A stretch of 60,935 nt of DNA from a candidate division WOR-1 bacterium RIFCSPLOWO2_02_FULL_46_20 (GTDB lineage: Bacteria; Margulisbacteria; WOR-1; O2-12-FULL-45-9), in contig METP01000040.1 of the NCBI GenBank assembly GCA_001771365.1, positions 1-60,935 on the forward strand, in the 5' to 3' direction. Within the stretch, counting starts at the first letter, position 1. Every line of letters begins with the position of its first letter. The notes beneath the pieces were generated by a model. That model ran no database searches, was not told the DNA's origin, and was given only the letters and a program-made list of their open reading frames with translations. This document shows positions 25,501 to 30,890 of this stretch, one piece after another. The position numbers were made by a program, and so were the translations under genes.

Positions 25501-25624
25501 ACTCGTCCGTATAAATTGATCTTTCGTAGAATAGATTTTTTGCCGTTTCTGCCCGTGCCGAAGCACAGACAAATATAACAATGATTGAAACAGTTAAAAC
25601 ATTCAATTTCCAAGGCATTCGCAT
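22574..25624 (-). CDS. Large secreted protein (1016 aa), putative outer-membrane beta-barrel with N-terminal Ig-like domain
   Basis: Signal peptide (VSIIVIFVCASARAE). The C-terminal ~800 aa is rich in alternating Y/T/S/G beta-strand-like segments (YTYSKSY, YSLRTKYALS). No named family recognised. Confidence 0.6.
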   Translation of the reverse strand: MRMPWKLNVLTVSIIVIFVCASARAETAKNLFYERSIYTDEYGLSYYPDYPPAIGETITLRLRTFKPAQKITIYSDRDLKIPMEYRQGHWWGKFEIPGDYKDGGHFFVVWIRYPGHVLSKSVVWYQAFKEKISAEEESIVSLYEDIIFTEAKESAVDAEEETISLLISTEGEVMSPEASPLVIKGSQSISFKTRTLEGSKEGYTAGTTQSREETLRVNISGSTAGTDIDATLYKTNAIGVSQVGENEEKISILLKRASTEAYLGDFTADLTEAEFAKLNKVLSGARVRGDYGQWGFSALYSSPKGYSKFSRMYGDGTQGPYKLGYSPVVIDSERIYLDGILQSRGEDYTIDYQAGTISFIKKIINTKSVLNIYYDYRQTVYQHATYGLRGFIKPRSGIKLGATYLDDSDSFVGAQTIRSSMSQEAFDPQSHSVVGVDGSFILDNIAVDGEIAYSANNLNILSAASTKESGRAAKFNVNSTLGPLGIDMHVKKIGSSYRPIAEPEPKQAVWEYSGTLSFRPGSLFGGKGNYGYEKYTQRGIVYENIYKTAGFQLIPEQLPSLEYNFSEIDESNDPVTGSSIKRVITKNSTEMIHQIGFLSGSLKGTLEKWLSGSLTKEATNYRKVNVGVATVGLDKVTFSSNVELENRQEPGGLQPYRRTYNLNLSATPSKQYFVSSSLNKIVDSLQGNTDVLDLSYRAQPNETLKTDGKYTITSVLEEFSATSEAVSKQAGSFSLDYRPIKAIRLRYLYKPNFTRIVRTQGLSYNNEQQQAEINIIPVQYALLGLIYKLGNSYSIYKSDSPNYAVKENSLDTNSILYTIKMAPFQILSTEFNYLVEKGDSRTLSSTQEPHTYTQGRDVGNKFEAVIKSSLSEKFSIDSRYTYQKIDQGTMEALANLTDTKTHTAALKGIWNPQEIWTFSLSGAYSRTTDYLLSQITYTFSPGAGIIYHLGDKLRVDFEYTYSKSYSGATTEKSAYSLRTKYALSDFVDLTLRADREISSSPNYRLTDITGNVEISL

Positions 25625-25697
25625 ACTCCCATGCTATATATCGTCAATTTCTAGCTCGGATTTCAAAATTTGCCCGCCATGATATAATAAATAATCT

Positions 25698-26567
25698 ATG
25701 TTTAAGGTAATTATTGCCATCATACTCCTGGTCTGCAGCTTAGCCAATAGTTCGCAGGCTGAATTTACTCAGGCAAAATTCACCAAATTGCGGCAAAAGC
25801 TCGACGCGCTTGTCCTCCCCTATGGTGTCAAAGTTGGCTTATGTTTTATAGACCTGCAAAACGGCAAAGAGCTCCAAATAAACGGCAAAAATAAATTCCC
25901 CGCAGCCTCTGTGGCTAAATTACCGGTTATGGCCACTGGTTTTCATTTGGCCGAATCGGGCAAATTGGATTTGGGCCAGAAAGTAAAATTTAAAGAAAAA
26001 GATAAGCTTGCTGGCTCTGGTGTTTTACGCTGGATGAAAGCAGGCAATGCGTATACCATCAAGAATCTAATCCGCCTAACTATCGTTTTATCAGACAATA
26101 CCGCCACCAGAATGGCCGTACGACAAATCGGCCTGGAAGAAATCAATAATTATCTGAAAAAATGCGGGCTGAACGATACTGTTATTGTCGACGACACCAT
26201 GCTCAACGACCCGGCCCTGACTCAAAATTATAATACTACAACCCCGTATGATATGGCCCGGCTAGTTGCCCTGATAAAAAATTCCGCTTATTTTAGCGCG
26301 GCATCAAAAAAACAAATGTTGGCTTACATGAAATTCCAACGCTATCGCTGGGGCCTCTGGAAAGGGGTGCCCAAAGGGATTAAAATCGCGAATAAAACGG
26401 GAAACCTGGACAGGGTGCTTAATGACGTTGGAATAGTTTATGCTCCATCCGGCAATTACGCGCTCGCAATCTTTACTCATGGCTTTCAAAAAAATAAAAC
26501 TGCCAGAAAAGTGATCAATGAAATATCAAAAGTTGTTTACACGGTTTTTGAATCTGCTAATAAATAG
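25698..26567 (+). CDS. Class A beta-lactamase-related serine hydrolase
   Basis: Signal peptide, S-x-x-K (SVAK), SDN (LSDNTAT) and KTG (NKTGN) motifs in canonical order. An extended -10 box TGATATAAT lies 9 nt upstream of the ATG. Confidence 0.8.
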   Translation: MFKVIIAIILLVCSLANSSQAEFTQAKFTKLRQKLDALVLPYGVKVGLCFIDLQNGKELQINGKNKFPAASVAKLPVMATGFHLAESGKLDLGQKVKFKEKDKLAGSGVLRWMKAGNAYTIKNLIRLTIVLSDNTATRMAVRQIGLEEINNYLKKCGLNDTVIVDDTMLNDPALTQNYNTTTPYDMARLVALIKNSAYFSAASKKQMLAYMKFQRYRWGLWKGVPKGIKIANKTGNLDRVLNDVGIVYAPSGNYALAIFTHGFQKNKTARKVINEISKVVYTVFESANK

Positions 26568-26602
26568 TCCGAAAGCTGTTGAATTCCCCTGTAGCCGTCT
26601 CC

Positions 26603-28048
26603 CTATTTGCTTTGTAGTCCCTCACCCTTTTTTATAAGACTCGCATTAATATTATCCTCGCCCTGATTAATGGCCTGGGTCACGGCCATATCACACAACT
26701 CGAGCGATAAGCGGGGGTTTCCCATTGAAACCTCAAAAATCTTTTCCAGCGCCGAAGCGGTAAAGGGATGGGTCCCTTTCCCCCCCGCATCTTCAACTCG
26801 GGCAATTAGCAAAGTCTTAAGATCATCAAAATCCAAGTTATCCAAAGAAATATTCAGAACCAGGCGTTCATAAAGCGGCTTTATCTCATTTTTTAATTTA
26901 TAAACAGTTTCTGGCAGACCGGCCATAACCAAAATCACATTATCCATATCACCCAATGTGCGCAAGGGATGCTCCATTTCGGCCGTAAACTCGTGCGCTT
27001 CGTCCAATAGCAAGACCAGATTTTTCCCCATTTTCTTGCGTAAACTGTCCAAATAGTAGATATTATATTCGGTTTTATCGTCTGTTTTATGGCCCATGCT
27101 GCTAATAATAAACTTGAGTAATTGGCTAAATTCCTGAGGCGGGCGCGAAAGATAGACAGGGTGTAACGCTTGAGGGAGATAGGCGCCTAACCAGCGCAAC
27201 AAAGTTGTCTTGCCACTTCCCAAAGGCCCCACCACCAAGATGTGGCCGCTGCGTGAGCTGATTTTTTCCAATATCTGCTTAACTTCTTTTTTGTATCCAG
27301 TAAAAAGTTCCGGATGACAATCCAGAGTAAACGGATTATTATGCCAACCCATTTTGTCGTACCAGATCTTTTGTTCTTCGGAAACCGCCTGCCACATCTT
27401 TAGCCCTACCCGCGCGCCGCAATGCGGACAGAATTCCTCATTGGCCGGAAGCTTGGCTTTGCACTTGAAGCAAACAAGCTTGCGTGTGCTTCGGCCAAAG
27501 ATTTTATCTATAGCTCCCTTTATAAAAATAATTAAAAACACCAGGAAAACAACCGAAGCTATCCCGCCCAACAAAGTTACTCCAAAAACACCAATGTATG
27601 GCTGCCACCAGGAGCGGGCTTCTTGTTCCTTTATCTTGGACTGGATCATGGTTACATAAGACAAGGCCTCATTATTTTCAGAATCAAGCTCCAAAATCTT
27701 TGTAAAAGCTGCCAGGGCTTTCTCCAGGGCGGCTTCTTGAAAGGCCCCTTTCCCCTCGGCCAAATATTTATCGATTTCCTCAGTTTCTTTTACTCGAGTC
27801 TTGATTGAAACCACATTTGTTTCGCGAAGAATACTATTCTTCAGCTCCAAAGCTTCTTTATGCTTGGGATCAATTTTTAAAGTGGCGGAAAGGTTTTTTA
27901 AAGCCCCCTTCAGATCTCCGCTGATATACTGGATCGCGGCTTTATTAAAATATTCTTGTGCCGCGGTCGGCTTGCCAAAACTGGCTGATTGAATAGAGAA
28001 AAATAAAACAGAGGCAATAATTAAGATGCTCTGAATTGTTCTCGCCAT
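26603..28048 (-). CDS. Membrane-anchored TPR - TM - zinc-ribbon - AAA ATPase (ExeA/MshM-like)
   Basis: Signal-like N-terminus, TPR-like helices (aa ~30-140), a TM helix (GVFGVTLLGGIASVVFLVFLIIFI), a zinc ribbon CFKC...CPHC, Walker A GPLGSGKTT and Walker B LLLDEAH. Confidence 0.75.
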   Translation of the reverse strand: MARTIQSILIIASVLFFSIQSASFGKPTAAQEYFNKAAIQYISGDLKGALKNLSATLKIDPKHKEALELKNSILRETNVVSIKTRVKETEEIDKYLAEGKGAFQEAALEKALAAFTKILELDSENNEALSYVTMIQSKIKEQEARSWWQPYIGVFGVTLLGGIASVVFLVFLIIFIKGAIDKIFGRSTRKLVCFKCKAKLPANEEFCPHCGARVGLKMWQAVSEEQKIWYDKMGWHNNPFTLDCHPELFTGYKKEVKQILEKISSRSGHILVVGPLGSGKTTLLRWLGAYLPQALHPVYLSRPPQEFSQLLKFIISSMGHKTDDKTEYNIYYLDSLRKKMGKNLVLLLDEAHEFTAEMEHPLRTLGDMDNVILVMAGLPETVYKLKNEIKPLYERLVLNISLDNLDFDDLKTLLIARVEDAGGKGTHPFTASALEKIFEVSMGNPRLSLELCDMAVTQAINQGEDNINASLIKKGEGLQSK

Positions 28049-28746
28049 TAGAGTTTCCTTTTCTTGGCCTTTATTACCATGTCTAGCCTGCTTAGCATTG
28101 TTTTTATTTCCATGCTGTCTGGATACGTTCTGAATATGGCCAACAACTGCGCCCTGGCTTTTTCATATTCCTGCCCGGCTATATATTGTCTTACAACTGG
28201 CAGAAAATGAACCAAACTAACCGGCCCTTTCGGTTTAGCCACAGATTTCTTCCGCGGAACAACCTTTTTACCAGGCTCAACTTTGGAACCAACAACCGGC
28301 TCCTTCAGAACGCTTGCCTCAGCCGTGGGTATTTTAACTAACTTCTCTGTCAATTCAACTTCGGTTGTAGGCCCTAAGCCAATGAGCGTTACCAAAGCCG
28401 GCTCACCGACGTAAAAAGGCTGGGTTTCACCCTCAAAAATTTTTCCCTCAATATCAGTGGCAGTAAGTTTAGCATGATAGGTTCCTTTTTTAAAGCCATA
28501 GGGGATTTCCCAATGGCTATGCCAGGTATAGGTTCTTCGCTCAAAACTCAGTTTAATTCTTTCGCCATCTGGCATGGCGGCGATAACTTGGGTGGTATCT
28601 ATCGGCGCCCCCACCACAACATGCACCACATCACCCGGCAAATAAACCTTTAGCCCTGGGTTATATCGTGGATTTTCAAATTCCTCTTGAGGGTAAACAG
28701 GAATAATCAACAAGAAAACAAAACAAAGTATAACAAAATATCTCAT
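28048..28746 (-). CDS. Secreted hypothetical protein (Ig-like N-terminal domain, helical C-terminus)
   Basis: Signal or anchor sequence (FVILCFVFLLIIPVYP). The WEIPYGFKKGTY segment resembles FEIPGDYKDGGH in the 1016-aa protein. Its stop shares one nt with the downstream ATG (TAATG). Confidence 0.55.
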   Translation of the reverse strand: MRYFVILCFVFLLIIPVYPQEEFENPRYNPGLKVYLPGDVVHVVVGAPIDTTQVIAAMPDGERIKLSFERRTYTWHSHWEIPYGFKKGTYHAKLTATDIEGKIFEGETQPFYVGEPALVTLIGLGPTTEVELTEKLVKIPTAEASVLKEPVVGSKVEPGKKVVPRKKSVAKPKGPVSLVHFLPVVRQYIAGQEYEKARAQLLAIFRTYPDSMEIKTMLSRLDMVIKAKKRKL

Positions 28747-28749
28747 TAA

Positions 28750-29754
28750 TTACCGCACTTCTCCCTCAAGCGCTAATGTCGGTTTGCCGTTTATTGAAAA
28801 AGAGACATAACTGGTTGCCAGGCCAGGATCATTATAATAGGCATGGTAAGCATAATCTACTCGAAAACCAGCAGTTCCAAGCGATACTCCCGCCGATGGG
28901 TTCCAATTAGTTTGCGTGCCGGAGGATGCGTCAACACTCTGGTCCATCCCTGCTCTTAGCATAAAAAATTCATTCATTTTATATTCGGCACCTATGTGCA
29001 TGGTGACCGGCCGCCCGCTTTGCACTGGCAGATCGGCATCGTAGGCAATTAAAAGTTTATTCCCGAATCGCATTGGCTTGACGGCTATGCCAACTTTGTG
29101 CACGCTGGCGATGGCCTCTTCCGCACCACTTGAGTATCGCACCACTCCTCCCAAATCTACCGGAAGAAAATTCTGGCGGTTATAGCCAAAACTCAAATAA
29201 GGGTTATATATATATTTTATGCCAAAGTCTGAGCTCCAGCCGGTAGAAGTCTGTGTCGCCCCACCTGTCCAACCGCGGCTAAAATATTTTAGGTTTATGC
29301 CAAAAAAGACATTTCGGGAATATCCAAAAAATCTTGCCAGGGGGGTGCTGTAAGTTAAAACAAAAAGCGTATCATGATAATCGGCGAAAACACCCGTGGA
29401 ACCAACAAAAGTTAATACCTGGCTAACGCCGGTATTTACAAAACCCGCTCCCACCACCCCAAAAGAGCCAGGGATAACACCACAGTATTCAGTATAGTAA
29501 ACATCCCCCAAAAGATTTGTGTACATTGTCATCGCCTGAGGAGCTTTAATAGCCGCTATCCCTGCCGGATTTATAAAGGCGCCATCTGCATCATCAGCTA
29601 TGGCGGTATTTGCTCTGCCCATGCCCAAAGGCCGCGCCCCCCCACCAATGATCATTGGATCATCTGTTGTACCCACAATAGCGGAAATTGCCGGACAACT
29701 CCCAAAAGCAAGCAAGGTAAGCACCACCATAAAAACAATTGCTAAACGTATCAC
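28750..29754 (-). CDS. FadL/PorV-like outer-membrane beta-barrel protein
   Basis: Signal peptide, then the hatch motif GGGARPLGMGRANTAIADDADGAFINPAGIA (compare FadL [24 protein letters not shown]). Alternating aromatic beta-strands run to the C-terminus. Confidence 0.65.
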   Translation of the reverse strand: MIRLAIVFMVVLTLLAFGSCPAISAIVGTTDDPMIIGGGARPLGMGRANTAIADDADGAFINPAGIAAIKAPQAMTMYTNLLGDVYYTEYCGVIPGSFGVVGAGFVNTGVSQVLTFVGSTGVFADYHDTLFVLTYSTPLARFFGYSRNVFFGINLKYFSRGWTGGATQTSTGWSSDFGIKYIYNPYLSFGYNRQNFLPVDLGGVVRYSSGAEEAIASVHKVGIAVKPMRFGNKLLIAYDADLPVQSGRPVTMHIGAEYKMNEFFMLRAGMDQSVDASSGTQTNWNPSAGVSLGTAGFRVDYAYHAYYNDPGLATSYVSFSINGKPTLALEGEVR

Positions 29755-30890
29755 TGATGTATCACCCCATATTTCATCTGCTTAATAAATTCTTTCTGGC
29801 CATCAACTACGCGATAAATGCGAACAAAATAAACTCCGGCTCCAGCCACTGATTTAAAGGAGGTAATGCCATTCCAAACTACATTGTTTTCGCCGGCCTG
29901 CCCACCCTCGCTTCCCATGGGCAAAACTGTGGACCAAATCATTTCTCCTCTCATGGTGAAAACTTGAATCATAATCTCTGCATCCTGACTTAATTCGTAG
30001 GAAATACTGGCGGCCGCCGCTGGTATTTCGCCTTCAGGCATGCCAGGGATAGCCGTTGGTTTTGATATCTGGGCTTCCACCTCAAGCACCTCTTTTTCAA
30101 CTTTAAACCCTTCACTAAGGCTCCCACCTTTACCATCCTCATTTTCTACCTTAACATCCCAACGTCCGGCGGCTTTGCCTGTCAGATCAAACTGACAGGT
30201 GATCTTAGTTGACGATTTAACCACAATATTTGTGCCAATTATATCGCCCTCACCAGGCTTAGACAACATAGCCCTTGCCCCACTAATAAAATATTTTCCG
30301 GAAATTTCAACAGCGACATTACCGGTATCGTAGGCTTTTTTAGGGGTGATTCCTCCTACCTCCGGCCCACGATGACGTATATCTAAAGCAAGAGGCAGTG
30401 TGCCAGAGCGTCCATCAGGATTAGTTATGGTAATGCTCCACAATCCTTTTGTAACATCAGTTATATCAAAGAGACAAGTGATCTTGGTGGTGCTATGAAC
30501 TGTTACATTTGTGGCGGCAATATCTGCTTCCCCGGATGAGCTCAACTTTAAAGTCGCACCATCGACAAAATTATATCCGTTGACCGTAAGCGAAACTGAA
30601 CCATCATTTACCGCAGACTGCGGCCCAATTGACGTAATGTTGGGGGCTAGAATTACCAATGAGAGGCGAACACATTTTAAAAATCCTTCGCCGATTTTAT
30701 AATTTGAGTTGTAAGGTTCCCCCAAACGGAGCCCACGGGCAATCCCCCGAAGACTAAATGACGTTGAAGTGCCGACAGCTGTACCCGCGCCAAAAGCCTG
30801 GGCAGTAAGCTTATAACTAGTACTGTTACTTACCGCAAAAGAAGCACCACACCAAAGTATGGCTAAAACAATTAATACAGTTTTTTTCAT
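29751..30890 (-). CDS. Cell-surface protein: two IPT/TIG Ig-like repeats plus a FlgD-Ig / T9SS-CTD-like C-terminal domain
   Basis: Signal peptide and two ~85-aa repeats (ITSIGP...SLTVNGYNF...TKITCLFD...ITITNPDG, and ITPKK...AVEISGKYF...TKITCQFD...VKVENEDG). The C-terminus reads ISYELSQDAEIMIQVFTMRGEMIW...VVWNG...GVYFVRI. Confidence 0.7.
   Translation of the reverse strand: MKKTVLIVLAILWCGASFAVSNSTSYKLTAQAFGAGTAVGTSTSFSLRGIARGLRLGEPYNSNYKIGEGFLKCVRLSLVILAPNITSIGPQSAVNDGSVSLTVNGYNFVDGATLKLSSSGEADIAATNVTVHSTTKITCLFDITDVTKGLWSITITNPDGRSGTLPLALDIRHRGPEVGGITPKKAYDTGNVAVEISGKYFISGARAMLSKPGEGDIIGTNIVVKSSTKITCQFDLTGKAAGRWDVKVENEDGKGGSLSEGFKVEKEVLEVEAQISKPTAIPGMPEGEIPAAAASISYELSQDAEIMIQVFTMRGEMIWSTVLPMGSEGGQAGENNVVWNGITSFKSVAGAGVYFVRIYRVVDGQKEFIKQMKYGVIHQ

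Noticed and set aside
28750-30890. Calling the locus a type IX secretion system.
   Set aside because: Only a PorV/FadL-like barrel and a CTD-like domain are present. None of the core components (PorK/L/M/N, SprA/Sov, PorU/Z) is visible, and the phylum is unknown. I therefore kept it as T9SS-like only.
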